This document shows positions 10,123 to 20,614 of a stretch of DNA of 53,432 nucleotides, piece after piece. The notes below the pieces were generated by a model. It saw only the letters and a list, made by a program, of their open reading frames with translations. It was not told where the DNA came from and searched no databases. Location of the stretch: the NCBI GenBank assembly GCA_902528485.1, contig CABZTA010000003.1, forward strand, positions 1 through 53,432, read 5' to 3'. Every line of letters starts with the position of its first letter. Position 1 is the stretch's first letter. This DNA is from an uncultured SAR86 cluster bacterium (GTDB lineage Bacteria > Pseudomonadota > Gammaproteobacteria > Magnimaribacterales > AG-339-G14). The translations under genes and the position numbers were made by a program.

Positions 10123-10838
10123 TGGGATGGCGTTTAGTTGTTTATTGTATCTTAGCTGTTTCGCTTGCAGCCTCATTCCTTTTTATTACAGTTGAAAATG
10201 AATCTTATTCTTCTAAAGAAAATAGTTCATCGATATTTAATGCAAAAGAAATAGAGATCAGGTCTACCTCAAAGAACAAAGAAATTTTTTATCTTATCAA
10301 AAGCGAGATGATTAATGCTCTTTCTGACTCCAATAACTTGTCTATATTCAGGCCAAAAATTGAGATTAAAAATAGTGATAGTTATTTAGTTAAGTTATCA
10401 GCAGAAAAAGGTGATTTTTTCTATGAAAATAATCAATTAGACCTTAAAGAAAAAATAAATGTGAGCATCATCAAAGATAAAGAGGCGATAGACCTTTTTG
10501 CAGAAAGTGTATTTATAGATATTGATAAAGAATATTTAAGTTCACAAAACCTTAATTTGAATCATAACGAAATTAGCTTTTCAGGAAGAGAGGTTTCGCT
10601 ATCAAGTGATTTAATCTCTTTGTCTGGAGCGCCGATAAGTTTTGAAAAAAAGGATGTATTTGAAGGTTCTTCCAATGAAATTAAAATAGATCTAAATAAA
10701 AAGCTTTTGTATCTTTCAGGAACATCAAATATTTTAATTGATGGCAAAAATATATCCGGTGAAGATATTATCTTTGACTATAAAAATAATACTGTTTTAA
10801 ATTCGGAAAATTTAAGGATCAAAAGTGGAAACTCTTGA
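10122..10838 (+). CDS. lptC: membrane-anchored OstA-fold protein, LptC-like with a C-terminal extension
   Basis: N-terminal TM helix followed by beta-rich repeats. Located between kdsD and lptB. TAATG overlap with kdsD and a 14-nt overlap with lptB. The call rests on position and architecture rather than strong motifs. Confidence 0.55.
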   Translation: MGWRLVVYCILAVSLAASFLFITVENESYSSKENSSSIFNAKEIEIRSTSKNKEIFYLIKSEMINALSDSNNLSIFRPKIEIKNSDSYLVKLSAEKGDFFYENNQLDLKEKINVSIIKDKEAIDLFAESVFIDIDKEYLSSQNLNLNHNEISFSGREVSLSSDLISLSGAPISFEKKDVFEGSSNEIKIDLNKKLLYLSGTSNILIDGKNISGEDIIFDYKNNTVLNSENLRIKSGNS

Positions 10839-11541
10839 ACTTAAAAATATTAAAAAAAGTTTCAAAAAGAAAGAAATCTTGCATGGAATAGATCTTCAAA
10901 TAAAAAGCTCAGAGGTATTTGGTCTTCTCGGACCTAATGGCGCAGGAAAAACAACTTTGTTTTCAATCATCTCTGGACTAGAGATGACAACTTCAGGAAA
11001 AATTTTTCTTTGCGAAGATGATATTACTTTTAAGGATATCTCTTTCAGAGCTTCAAAAGGGATAATTTATTTGCCTCAAGAATCATCTGTTTTTAGAAAG
11101 CTATCAGTTGCGGATAACATCAAAGCAGCTCTTCAGACTAAGTTCAAAAAAAATGAAATAGAAAATAAATACAATAGTCTAATGGTTGAATTTGATCTGT
11201 TTGATTTAGAGAAGCAAATCTCTGAAAACCTGTCAGGTGGACAAAGAAGAAAACTAGAAATAGCTAGAGCTTTTGCTCTTGAACCTAAGTTCATTTTGTT
11301 AGATGAGCCTTTTGCAGGAATTGATCCCTTAACAATAAATGAAATAAAAATTATTATTTCTAAATTACGCTCCAAAAATGTTGGAGTGGTTATTAGTGAT
11401 CATAACGCACAAGCAACAATGGATATTTGCGATAATATTTCAGTAATAAATAATGGAAAAATAATTGCGTCGGGAAGCCCTAACCAAATAAAAGAAAATA
11501 ATATTGTTCGGCAAATATATTTAGGAGAAAACTTAGCTTAA
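10825..11541 (+). CDS. lptB: LPS export ABC transporter ATP-binding protein
   Basis: GTG start. Walker A GPNGAGKTT, signature LSGGQRR, Walker B ILLDEPFAG. About 240 aa, as expected for LptB. Confidence 0.92.
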   Translation: METLELKNIKKSFKKKEILHGIDLQIKSSEVFGLLGPNGAGKTTLFSIISGLEMTTSGKIFLCEDDITFKDISFRASKGIIYLPQESSVFRKLSVADNIKAALQTKFKKNEIENKYNSLMVEFDLFDLEKQISENLSGGQRRKLEIARAFALEPKFILLDEPFAGIDPLTINEIKIIISKLRSKNVGVVISDHNAQATMDICDNISVINNGKIIASGSPNQIKENNIVRQIYLGENLA

Positions 11542-11552
11542 AATCTCTTTAG

Positions 11553-12893
11553 ATGATCCAAGGAAACAATATTTCTCTCTCGGAAGAGATTCAAAAACAA
11601 CTCACAAAAAAAAGATTTGAACTCATTAGGGGTATGTTTAATAGCATGTCGCCTTTTGATATTGCATCTACTTTAGAGTCAAGCAGTCCCAATAATAGAA
11701 GAATTTTATGGGAGCTTGTAGATGTAAACGTTGAAGGAGAAGTATTGAATGAGCTATCCAAAGAGGTAAGAGAATTTTTCCTCTCTTCAATGGATGCAAC
11801 CGAAGTTGCTCAAGTTACTGAAAAGCTAGAAGCAGATGAAATAGTCGAAATTATCCAAGGACTGCCAGAAAAGGTAATTGGGGATGTTTTAAAAGCTATG
11901 TCAGCTCAAAACAGAGAGCTTGTAAGCAAAGATCTCTCATTTGCGAAAGGCACCGCTGGAAGGATGATGAATCCTGATGTTGTAGTGGTCAGACCTTCTC
12001 ACACTATTGAGGTTATAAGGCGATACCTTAGGATTAGAGATGAACTTCCTCATGATATGGATAAAGTTTTTGTTGTGAATAGGAATAACATTTTAAGGGG
12101 TAATTTGCCCCTTACAAAAATTTTATCTTCTAAAAGCTCGGAGAAAGCTGAAGACCTAATGGTGAGAAAATTTGACTCTTTGCTTGTTACAAGTTCTGAG
12201 AGAGAAGTTGATAGATTATTTGAAGGTAATCATCTTATTTCTGCTCCCGTGATCAATGATGATGGAGAACTTCTTGGACGAATTACTATTGATGATGTTA
12301 TTGATTCAATTAAAGATGAGGTTGATTTACCATTCAGGCAAATTTCTGGATTAAGTAGAGATACCTTTCAAGAAACTTTTTCAGCTCTTAGGTCCAGAGG
12401 ATTATGGTTGGGAGCTAACCTTATTACTGCACTTTTAGCATCTTCAGTAATAAATCTTTTTCAAGAAACTATTGAAAAAGTCATATTTCTTGCAGTATTA
12501 ATGCCAATAATTGCCAGTATGGGCGGTGTTGCTGCAACGCAAACTCTAGCTATTACAGTAAGAGGTTTAGCATTAGGCCAAATAGTTTCAGGAAATGTTA
12601 GATGGATATTTTCAAGGGAATTGATCGTTTCTTTTTGGAATGGTCTTTTTTGGTCAGTCATATTAGGGTTTATTGCTTCTTTTTGGTTCCAAGACTTCAA
12701 TATTTTTTTGATAATCATTTTTTCAATGACAATTAATTTAATTGCTGCTGCAATATCAGGAATTTCTATTCCTCTTATTTTAAGAAGATTAAAATTTGAT
12801 CCAGCTATCGGCGGTGGAGTGATAGTTACGACAGTTACAGATGTAGTAGGCTTTTTTACTTTCCTAGGAGTTGCCTCTTTGGTTTATGCATAG
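11553..12893 (+). CDS. mgtE: magnesium transporter MgtE
   Basis: 446 aa with an N-terminal MgtE-N region, tandem CBS domains and a C-terminal 5-TM domain containing the GGVAATQT block. Confidence 0.9.
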   Translation: MIQGNNISLSEEIQKQLTKKRFELIRGMFNSMSPFDIASTLESSSPNNRRILWELVDVNVEGEVLNELSKEVREFFLSSMDATEVAQVTEKLEADEIVEIIQGLPEKVIGDVLKAMSAQNRELVSKDLSFAKGTAGRMMNPDVVVVRPSHTIEVIRRYLRIRDELPHDMDKVFVVNRNNILRGNLPLTKILSSKSSEKAEDLMVRKFDSLLVTSSEREVDRLFEGNHLISAPVINDDGELLGRITIDDVIDSIKDEVDLPFRQISGLSRDTFQETFSALRSRGLWLGANLITALLASSVINLFQETIEKVIFLAVLMPIIASMGGVAATQTLAITVRGLALGQIVSGNVRWIFSRELIVSFWNGLFWSVILGFIASFWFQDFNIFLIIIFSMTINLIAAAISGISIPLILRRLKFDPAIGGGVIVTTVTDVVGFFTFLGVASLVYA

Positions 12894-13396
12894 GTATATT
12901 TTCTTCTGATAAGTCTCAATAAACCAAACAATATTGGCCAAATTACAGCTGAAATAATACTGTTAAGTGCAATCGCCAAGAAAACAAAAAAACTAAACCC
13001 CTGAAAAAATATATAAAGAATTACTAAATAAAGGAAAACGATACTTGCTATTAAGATGGATTGTTGTATCTGAAACATAGCTCTAATTCTATGAAAATAT
13101 CTCTGTGTCAAATAAGAAATAAATAAAAATAAAATTACATGGGTTCCAAGAAAGTACCCTAAGTTCAAATCCAGCAAGATTCCTGAAATAAAAGACCAAA
13201 CAAGACCAATGTTTTTTGGTAGAGCAATATTCCAGTAAATAAGAGTCATCAGAGTAACTGGAATGGAAGATCCATAAATTTCAAAAGAAAAGAAATTTAA
13301 AAGAGATTGAAAAAAAACTCCAGAAATTAGAGAAATACCAATTGCTAGCTGAGTTGAGAGTGTTTTATTAGGATTTCTTGTTGAAAAATATGCCAT
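12884..13396 (-). CDS. mreD: rod shape-determining protein MreD
   Basis: 170-aa polytopic membrane protein directly downstream of mreC. Confidence 0.85.
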   Translation of the reverse strand: MAYFSTRNPNKTLSTQLAIGISLISGVFFQSLLNFFSFEIYGSSIPVTLMTLIYWNIALPKNIGLVWSFISGILLDLNLGYFLGTHVILFLFISYLTQRYFHRIRAMFQIQQSILIASIVFLYLVILYIFFQGFSFFVFLAIALNSIISAVIWPILFGLLRLIRRKYTYA

Positions 13397-14241
13397 CAGG
13401 GTAAAGTTAACAATATTTGATCACCGGAATTGAATTCTGAGGTCCCCAGGACCTCTATTTCCAGAAATTCATTGTTTGATATTGCTGAGATTTTGTTTAC
13501 TGTTCCAACTTCAATGCCTTTAGGATATTTTTTACCAAGACCAGATGTCACAAGCTTGTCGCCAGGAACAATATCTTCATTTTTCTTTAATCCTTTAATT
13601 AAAAAGTTCTGTGGCACATCGGTTCCAACCAAAATCATATTTGAATTTGTCCTTCTATTTCTTATAGGAATTTGAGAATCTTTAGCGAAGATCGGCTTAA
13701 TTTCTACTTTGGAACCTGCTGATAGCTCGACCGATCCAATCAATCCTGTCCAATTGAAGGCAATCATTTGATCAGGTTTTTTATTTTTGCCAATCCCCAC
13801 AGTCATTGATGGTTTTGGAGCAAAATTTATTTCTTCGATTTCGCCGTAGATGTAATTTTTCTTAGTAGTTTGCTCTAAATATCCTAGTAATTTTTTAAGT
13901 TCAATATTTTCTTGTAAAATCTTTTCATAATTTAAAAGGTTAAATCTTTGTGCATCTACATCTTTTTTCAGTTCAAGTATTTCACTTTGTAAAATTTCCC
14001 TATCTTCAAAATAATCGGAAAAAGAAGTCCAACCTTCATTTAAAATTTGAGGTATAAAAATAATAGGTTCAGAGGCAAGACCAACATAAATCTTTATTCT
14101 TTCGCCTAGATTTAAGCTAACATCAGCTGCAAGAATTAGGATTGCAAATAGAATAGAAGGAATGACTCGAGAGAGCCTCATAGAGCCTGTTGTAAAAATA
14201 GCTTTTTGAGCAATTACAGCTTGTTTATGCTCCTTGGCCAT
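13396..14241 (-). CDS. mreC: rod shape-determining protein MreC
   Basis: 281 aa with an N-terminal TM helix, a coiled-coil segment and beta domains. Sits between mreB and mreD. Confidence 0.9.
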   Translation of the reverse strand: MAKEHKQAVIAQKAIFTTGSMRLSRVIPSILFAILILAADVSLNLGERIKIYVGLASEPIIFIPQILNEGWTSFSDYFEDREILQSEILELKKDVDAQRFNLLNYEKILQENIELKKLLGYLEQTTKKNYIYGEIEEINFAPKPSMTVGIGKNKKPDQMIAFNWTGLIGSVELSAGSKVEIKPIFAKDSQIPIRNRRTNSNMILVGTDVPQNFLIKGLKKNEDIVPGDKLVTSGLGKKYPKGIEVGTVNKISAISNNEFLEIEVLGTSEFNSGDQILLTLP

Positions 14242-14252
14242 AAAAAAATTAT

Positions 14253-15293
14253 CTAATCAGTTGATAATAGGTCAATATCATATTTATCCATTATTTCCAG
14301 GGCTACACCACCCCCTCTTGCGACGCAAGTAAGAGGATCATCTGCTGGAATAACTGGAATACCGGTTTGCTCTGAAATCATTACATCTAGGTCTCTTAGC
14401 AGAGCACCTCCTCCAGTCAAAACAATGCCTCTTTCTGAGATATCTGAACTTAGCTCTGGTGGGGATTGTTCAAGACCATTTTTGATTGCTTGTAAAATTG
14501 AAGATAATGGACCAGACATTGCTTCATATACTTCTAAACTGGAAATAGACAAAGTATTAGGAACCCCTTCGGCTAGATTACGTCCCCGAATTTCCATCTC
14601 TTGTAGCTCGCTTTCGGGAGTTGCACAACCGATAGTCTCTTTTATCCTTTCAGCGGTAGATTCGCCAATCAAGATTCCATATTTCCTTCTGAGATATGAA
14701 ATTATAGATTCATTTAGCCTATCTCCTCCCGTTTTCAACGAATTAGAATATACGACTCCATTTAGAGCTAGAATTGCAACTTCAGTTGTACCGCCACCTA
14801 TATCAACTACCATGGATCCAAAAGCTTCTTCGACAGGCAGTCCAGCGCCTATTGCTGCCGCCATCGGTTCTTCTATTAATCTTACTTCTCTTGCCCCAGC
14901 TCCAAGTACAGACTCTCTAATTGCTCTTCTCTCGACTTGCGTCGACTGACAAGGAACACAAACAAGGATTCTTGGACTAGGTCTCATAAAATTATCACCA
15001 TGCACTTGCTGAATAAAATGTTGTAGCATTTTCTCAGTGACCTGGAAGTCGGCTATTACTCCATCTTTTAAAGGCCTTATTGCTTCAATATTTCCTGGAA
15101 CTCTTCCAAGCATCCTTTTTGCTTCAGTGCCAACGGCAACTACTGTTCGAGCCCCTTCTGTTTTTCTAATGGCAACAACGCTGGGTTCATTAAGCACTAT
15201 CCCTTTATCTCGAACATAAACAAGAGTATTTGCTGTTCCTAGATCTATTGATAAGTCATTGGAGTATAATCCTCTAAAATATTTTAGTACCAT
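14253..15293 (-). CDS. mreB: rod shape-determining actin homologue MreB
   Basis: 346 aa with blocks [23 protein letters not shown] and [11 protein letters not shown]. Confidence 0.97.
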   Translation of the reverse strand: MVLKYFRGLYSNDLSIDLGTANTLVYVRDKGIVLNEPSVVAIRKTEGARTVVAVGTEAKRMLGRVPGNIEAIRPLKDGVIADFQVTEKMLQHFIQQVHGDNFMRPSPRILVCVPCQSTQVERRAIRESVLGAGAREVRLIEEPMAAAIGAGLPVEEAFGSMVVDIGGGTTEVAILALNGVVYSNSLKTGGDRLNESIISYLRRKYGILIGESTAERIKETIGCATPESELQEMEIRGRNLAEGVPNTLSISSLEVYEAMSGPLSSILQAIKNGLEQSPPELSSDISERGIVLTGGGALLRDLDVMISEQTGIPVIPADDPLTCVARGGGVALEIMDKYDIDLLSTD

Positions 15294-15373
15294 TAGTTTC
15301 TCGCTTTATAAGCAAATCGTATCAATGCTATGTCGATGGAGCAAGAAATAGCAATAAAATAAAATTTGAGTAA

Positions 15374-15661
15374 ATGACAATAAACGATAAGACTTTAGAA
15401 AATCTTTCAAAGCTATCTAAGATTAAAATCGACGATAATCTTAAAGATAAACTGAAGGAAGATCTTAATTTGACAATGAATATGATTGATGAAATTAATA
15501 AAATTGATTGTGATCAGATAGAAGAATTAAGTCATCCAATTAAAGATAATTTTAATTTAAGAGAAGATAAAGTTTCTAGGGACATAAATAGAGAAAGTCT
15601 TCAAAAAACTTCCAATAAAACAGAGGATGGATTTTACCTTGTACCAAAGGTTATCGAATAA
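15374..15661 (+). CDS. gatC: Asp/Glu-tRNA amidotransferase subunit C
   Basis: 95 aa, first gene of the gatCAB cluster. Ends ..YLVPKVIE. Confidence 0.9.
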   Translation: MTINDKTLENLSKLSKIKIDDNLKDKLKEDLNLTMNMIDEINKIDCDQIEELSHPIKDNFNLREDKVSRDINRESLQKTSNKTEDGFYLVPKVIE

Positions 15662-17086
15662 ATGGATTTAGAAACTTTAACTCTTCAAGAGCAGATAGAA
15701 GGCTTAAGAGAAAAGAAATTTTCTTCAGTAGAGCTTGTGGAAAATTATATTTCAGTCATAGAGAATAACGAAAATCTAAATGTTTTTGTCTCTACTGATT
15801 TTGAAAAAGCGATTGCAAAAGCAAAAAAATCTGACGAATCTAATAATAGTCAAAATAATATGACCTTAAATGGAATACCTATGGTACACAAAGACATTTT
15901 TTGTACTCAGGGAATCAAGACTTCTTGCGGATCAAAAATGTTGGATAATTTTTATCCTCCTTACTCTGCTACGGTTGTGGAAAAGTTAGAACAAGCTGGA
16001 TCAATTTGTTTAGGAAAAGCAAACATGGATGAATTTGCTATGGGATCATCAAATGAAACAAGCTTTTATGGCGCAGTAAAAAATCCCCTCAATATAAAAA
16101 AAACTCCTGGAGGCTCATCTGGGGGATCTGCAGCAGCTGTAGCGGCAAACTTTAGTAGCTTTTCCACTGGAACTGATACAGGAGGATCTATAAGACAACC
16201 AGCATCTTTTTGCGGTTTAGCAGGAATTAAGCCAACCTATGGAAGAGTATCTAGGTATGGAATGATTGCCTTTGCATCAAGCCTCGATCAGGGAGGAATA
16301 CTAGCAAAAAATATAAAAGATACTGCAATTGCTCTTCAATTCATATCTGGATATGACTCCAAAGATGCTACTTCGATAAAAGCTGAGGTTCCTAATTTTT
16401 CTGAGGATTGTGAATCAGATAAATTTGACCATACTGTAGGTTTGGTTACTAATTTAATTAATTCTTTTGGAGATGAAGATTTATCAAACAATTATAGTAA
16501 AGCCATCGAAAGACTAAAAAAATTAAAAATTAAGACGAAAGAAGTTGAGCTACCAAATTTAGAATTATCTTTACCTGTTTACTACGTAATAGCTCCAGCT
16601 GAATGTTCGGCTAATTTATCTAGGTATGACGGGATCAGGTTTGGATACAGGGCTGAAAATGTTGATAATCTTGAAGATCTGTATTTCAAATCTAGAGGAG
16701 AAGGTTTTGGAAATGAGACAAAAAAAAGGATTCTCATCGGAACTTATTGCCTGTCCTCCGGATTTTATGACGCTTACTACAAAAAGGCACAAAAAATTAG
16801 AAGCCTAATTTCAAGTGATTTTGTTAATGCATTCAAAGATGTTACTTCGATAATGTTGCCTACGACATCTGGGGAAGCTTTTGATTTAGGCTCAATAACT
16901 GATCCTGTAGAAATGTATAAACAAGATATTTTTACTATACCTGCAAACCTTGGTGGGTTACCGGCAACATCTGTTCCATTTGGTGAAAAAAATAAGATGC
17001 CTCTTGGAATACAGTTCATAGGAAACATTTTAGAGGAATCCTCTCTTTTAAATGTTTCCAATAAATTTCAGTTAGGTGAAAAATGA
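15662..17086 (+). CDS. gatA: Asp/Glu-tRNA amidotransferase subunit A
   Basis: Amidase signature GGSSGGSAAAVA plus TGTDTGGSIRQPA. Confidence 0.96.
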   Translation: MDLETLTLQEQIEGLREKKFSSVELVENYISVIENNENLNVFVSTDFEKAIAKAKKSDESNNSQNNMTLNGIPMVHKDIFCTQGIKTSCGSKMLDNFYPPYSATVVEKLEQAGSICLGKANMDEFAMGSSNETSFYGAVKNPLNIKKTPGGSSGGSAAAVAANFSSFSTGTDTGGSIRQPASFCGLAGIKPTYGRVSRYGMIAFASSLDQGGILAKNIKDTAIALQFISGYDSKDATSIKAEVPNFSEDCESDKFDHTVGLVTNLINSFGDEDLSNNYSKAIERLKKLKIKTKEVELPNLELSLPVYYVIAPAECSANLSRYDGIRFGYRAENVDNLEDLYFKSRGEGFGNETKKRILIGTYCLSSGFYDAYYKKAQKIRSLISSDFVNAFKDVTSIMLPTTSGEAFDLGSITDPVEMYKQDIFTIPANLGGLPATSVPFGEKNKMPLGIQFIGNILEESSLLNVSNKFQLGEK

Positions 17087-18522
17087 AAAATAACTGGGAA
17101 AGTGTAATTGGACTAGAAATTCATGTTCAGCTGAATTCAGAATCTAAAATATTTTCAAATGCACCTACTAAATTTGGATCTGATCAGAATTTGCAAGCAT
17201 GCGAAGTTGATCTTGGCATGCCAGGCACTCTTCCAGTCTTAAATGAAAAAGTCATTGAGAAGGCTATTAAATTTGGAGTTGCTATCAATGCAGAAATTGC
17301 TGAAAAAGTAGGTTTTGCTAGAAAAAATTATTTTTATCCTGACTTACCAAAAGGTTATCAAATTAGTCAACTTGACGATCCAATAGTTGGTAAGGGATCG
17401 ATAGAAATTAAATTAGGAGATCAGGAGATTAAAACAATAGGTATCACCAGAGCTCACCTTGAAGAAGATGCAGGTAAGTCCATACATGATCTATTTGAAA
17501 ATGAAACAGCGATCGATCTCAATAGAGCAGGCACACCTTTATTGGAAATTGTCTCTGAGCCAGATATATCTAATTCTGAAGAGGCGGTTGCTTACTTAAA
17601 AAAAATTCATTCTATAGTTTGTGCTCTGGAAATTTCTGATGGGAATATGTCTCAAGGCTCAATGAGGTGTGATGCAAATGTTTCTATAAAAAAGAAGGGC
17701 GATAAAAAATTAGGAACAAGAACAGAACTTAAAAATATTAATTCTTTCAAATTTGTCGAAAAAGCAATAAATTTTGAAATAAAACGCCAAATTTCTTGTT
17801 TAGAAAAAGGAGAAGAAATAATTCAGGAAACTAGATTATATGATTCTACAAATAACACTACCAGATCAATGAGATCAAAAGAGGAAGCTAATGACTATAG
17901 ATATTTTCCTGAACCAGACATAATCCCTATTCAAATAACATCTGATCAAATCTTAAAGATCAAAAAAGAATTGCCAGAACTACCTGATGAAAAAAAAGAG
18001 AGGTATAAAAGCGAATTTAGTCTTTCTGAATATGATGCGAGAAATCTTACATATGATTTAGAACTTGCAGATTTCTTTGAGAAGACTTTGGTTAATATTG
18101 ACGATCCTAAGCTTGCGGCAAATTGGATACTTGGAGACTTTTCAGCCATATTGAATAAGTTTGATGTTGAAGCGAAGAACTCAAAAGTTGATGCGGTGAA
18201 GTTTGCTGAACTACTGAATTATCTCAAAGAAGAAAAAATCTCTGGGCAGGCAGCAAAAAAAGTCTTGGAAAATATATGGGAAAATTCTGATATTTCAGTA
18301 TCCAAGAGCATAGAAAGCCTAGGTTTGGAACAATTATCCGATGACAATGAAATTGAACAGATAATAGATAAAGTTATCAATGATAATCCTAATCAAAAAC
18401 AGCAATTTCTTACTGGAAAAGATCGTTTATTTGGGTTTTTTGTTGGTCAAGTAATGAAAGAATCCAAAGGCAAGGCCAATCCAAAATTAGTAAATGAAAT
18501 ACTAAAAAAGAAATTAGTTTAA
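17083..18522 (+). CDS. gatB: Asp/Glu-tRNA amidotransferase subunit B
   Basis: 479 aa starting WESVIGLEIHVQL, with KNYFYPDLPKGYQISQ. 4-nt overlap with gatA. Confidence 0.96.
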   Translation: MKNNWESVIGLEIHVQLNSESKIFSNAPTKFGSDQNLQACEVDLGMPGTLPVLNEKVIEKAIKFGVAINAEIAEKVGFARKNYFYPDLPKGYQISQLDDPIVGKGSIEIKLGDQEIKTIGITRAHLEEDAGKSIHDLFENETAIDLNRAGTPLLEIVSEPDISNSEEAVAYLKKIHSIVCALEISDGNMSQGSMRCDANVSIKKKGDKKLGTRTELKNINSFKFVEKAINFEIKRQISCLEKGEEIIQETRLYDSTNNTTRSMRSKEEANDYRYFPEPDIIPIQITSDQILKIKKELPELPDEKKERYKSEFSLSEYDARNLTYDLELADFFEKTLVNIDDPKLAANWILGDFSAILNKFDVEAKNSKVDAVKFAELLNYLKEEKISGQAAKKVLENIWENSDISVSKSIESLGLEQLSDDNEIEQIIDKVINDNPNQKQQFLTGKDRLFGFFVGQVMKESKGKANPKLVNEILKKKLV

Positions 18523-18971
18523 GTTACATACATAGTAAGAGCTTCAGCTACATATGCTGGTTTTTCTTGCCCCTCTATTTCCATTTTTATTTCATTTTTA
18601 ACTAAATACCTTCCATCCCCCTTATCATCTACAGATAACAAGGTAGCTTTTGTTCGAACCTTTGAACCAACATTTACAGGTGTAAGAAATCTAACCTTGT
18701 CTAAACCATAGTTAAAAGCCATTTTCATATTTTCTGGAGCTACTTGAGGGGCAGGCATTCCGGCCATCAAAGATAATGAAAGAAAACCGTGAGCAATGGT
18801 GGAGCCAAATAATGGAGTTGCCTTTTCTACATCGACATGAATGAATTGATGATCTAACGTCACATCAGCAAATTGATTTATTCTTTCTTGATCTATTTCT
18901 AACCAATCTGATGTCCCCATATCTTTCCCTATATAATCTTTTAAAGTATCTGCTGGTACTAATCCCGCCAT
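18519..18971 (-). CDS. MaoC/NodN-like hot-dog fold (R)-specific enoyl-CoA hydratase/dehydratase
   Basis: 150 aa. The block D.ERINQFADVTLDHQFIHVD..A....FGSTIAHGFL is typical of MaoC dehydratase domains. A good AAGGAG Shine-Dalgarno sequence lies upstream. Confidence 0.75.
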   Translation of the reverse strand: MAGLVPADTLKDYIGKDMGTSDWLEIDQERINQFADVTLDHQFIHVDVEKATPLFGSTIAHGFLSLSLMAGMPAPQVAPENMKMAFNYGLDKVRFLTPVNVGSKVRTKATLLSVDDKGDGRYLVKNEIKMEIEGQEKPAYVAEALTMYVT

Positions 18972-18984
18972 TTCAATCTCCTTT

Positions 18985-20598
18985 TTAAATTAAATGATTT
19001 TTATAATCTTCTCTTAAACCTGTTTTTAATAGTTTTCCAGTTGCTCCATGAGGCAGCTCATCAATAAAGATCACATCATCAGGCAACCACCACTTTGCAA
19101 CTTTATCAGAAAGAAACTCTAAAACAGATTCTTTTGTACATTCGTCAGAATTTTTAACGACAAACAGTAGAGGCCTTTCATCCCATTTTTCATGAGCTAC
19201 TCCAACGACACAAGCTTCCAAAACTCCGGGACATCCAAGGGCGGTATTCTCTAGATCAATAGAACTTATCCACTCACCTCCAGACTTGATTACATCTTTA
19301 CTCCTATCTACTATCCTCATGTATCCATCTGATGAAATAGTTGATACATCTCCTGTATCAAACCAACCATTTTCTAAAGCACTTTCTGATGACTTATAAT
19401 ATCTTTCAATTATTGCTGGACCTTTAACCATTAACCTTCCGAAAGTTTTCCCATCGTTAGGCAAAGTATCTCCCTCATCATTAACAATTTTAATTTGACA
19501 TCCATATATTGCTCTTCCTTGACTTGTTTGAAGCTCATAACGATCTTCTAAATCCATCAAGTCCATCTCTGCTGTATCTTGATTTAATGTTCCTAGAGGA
19601 CTCATTTCAGTCATTCCCCAGCCATGCAAAAGAAAAACGTTATGTTTTTCTTGGAAGTCTTTTATCATCGACTTGGGAGCAGCAGATCCGCCTACTAATA
19701 CTGAATTTACATTATTTAAAGTAATGTCCTTTTCATCTAAATAATTGAGTAGCCCAAGCCATACTGTAGGAACACCAAGTAAATTATTAACTCCTTCATC
19801 GTTAATCAAGTTGTAAATAGATTCTCCATCAGTGAAAGGGCCAGGAAAGACTAATTTACACCCAAGCATACTTGCTGCATAAGGAACTCCCCAGGCATTG
19901 ACGTGAAACATAGGAACCACAGGTAGAACAACACTTTTAGAGGTTAAATTCATTGCATTTCCTGCACTTGAATACCATGCATGAAGTATTGTAGATCTAT
20001 GAGAATATAGAACTCCTTTTGGATTTCCTGTAGTGCCAGATGTATAACATAAAGAAGATGCTGTGTTTTCATCAAAAGTTGGCCAATCAAATTCTTCACT
20101 TTCTTCTTTAATTAACTCTTCGTAACACATCAAATTTTCTAGCTTTGAATCTTTCGGAAGGTTTTCTTTATCGCATAAAACAATAAAGCCTTTCACATTT
20201 TTCAAATTCTTAGAAACTGCCTCAATTATTGGTATAAAAGGAAGATCAATAAAAAGGTACTTATCTTCAGCATGATTAACTATGAAATCTATCTGCTCTG
20301 GAAAAAGCCTTGGATTTAAAGTATGCAATACTGCTCCAATCCCAGAGATTCCAAAATAAAGTTCAAAATGTCGGTAGCCATTAACAGCCATTGTGCCGAG
20401 AACATCGCCTTCTTTAACTCCTAAGTTGTCTAAGGCATTGGCAAGCTGCTTTGATCTTTTTGCAGCATCTAAAATTGAATATCTATGAATGTCTCCTTCA
20501 ACTCTTTTGCTTACTATTTCAGTTTTAGAATTATTTTGAATTGCATGCTCAAGAATTCCTGATATGAGCAAAGGTTCAGTCATCATATTACCCAGCAT
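18985..20598 (-). CDS. AMP-dependent acyl-CoA synthetase (fatty acid-CoA ligase family)
   Basis: AMP-binding box [12 protein letters not shown]. The N-terminal region resembles Thermus-type long/medium-chain FACS as I remember it. C-terminus contains GKLLK. Confidence 0.85.
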   Translation of the reverse strand: MLGNMMTEPLLISGILEHAIQNNSKTEIVSKRVEGDIHRYSILDAAKRSKQLANALDNLGVKEGDVLGTMAVNGYRHFELYFGISGIGAVLHTLNPRLFPEQIDFIVNHAEDKYLFIDLPFIPIIEAVSKNLKNVKGFIVLCDKENLPKDSKLENLMCYEELIKEESEEFDWPTFDENTASSLCYTSGTTGNPKGVLYSHRSTILHAWYSSAGNAMNLTSKSVVLPVVPMFHVNAWGVPYAASMLGCKLVFPGPFTDGESIYNLINDEGVNNLLGVPTVWLGLLNYLDEKDITLNNVNSVLVGGSAAPKSMIKDFQEKHNVFLLHGWGMTEMSPLGTLNQDTAEMDLMDLEDRYELQTSQGRAIYGCQIKIVNDEGDTLPNDGKTFGRLMVKGPAIIERYYKSSESALENGWFDTGDVSTISSDGYMRIVDRSKDVIKSGGEWISSIDLENTALGCPGVLEACVVGVAHEKWDERPLLFVVKNSDECTKESVLEFLSDKVAKWWLPDDVIFIDELPHGATGKLLKTGLREDYKNHLI

Positions 20599-20614
20599 AA
20601 TTACCTCTTTGTGA

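Noticed and set aside
14425-14949. 174-aa plus-strand ORF inside mreB
   Set aside because: It is an antisense shadow of mreB. The sequence is Ser/Pro/Ile-rich and I recognise no motif in it. mreB itself is unambiguous.
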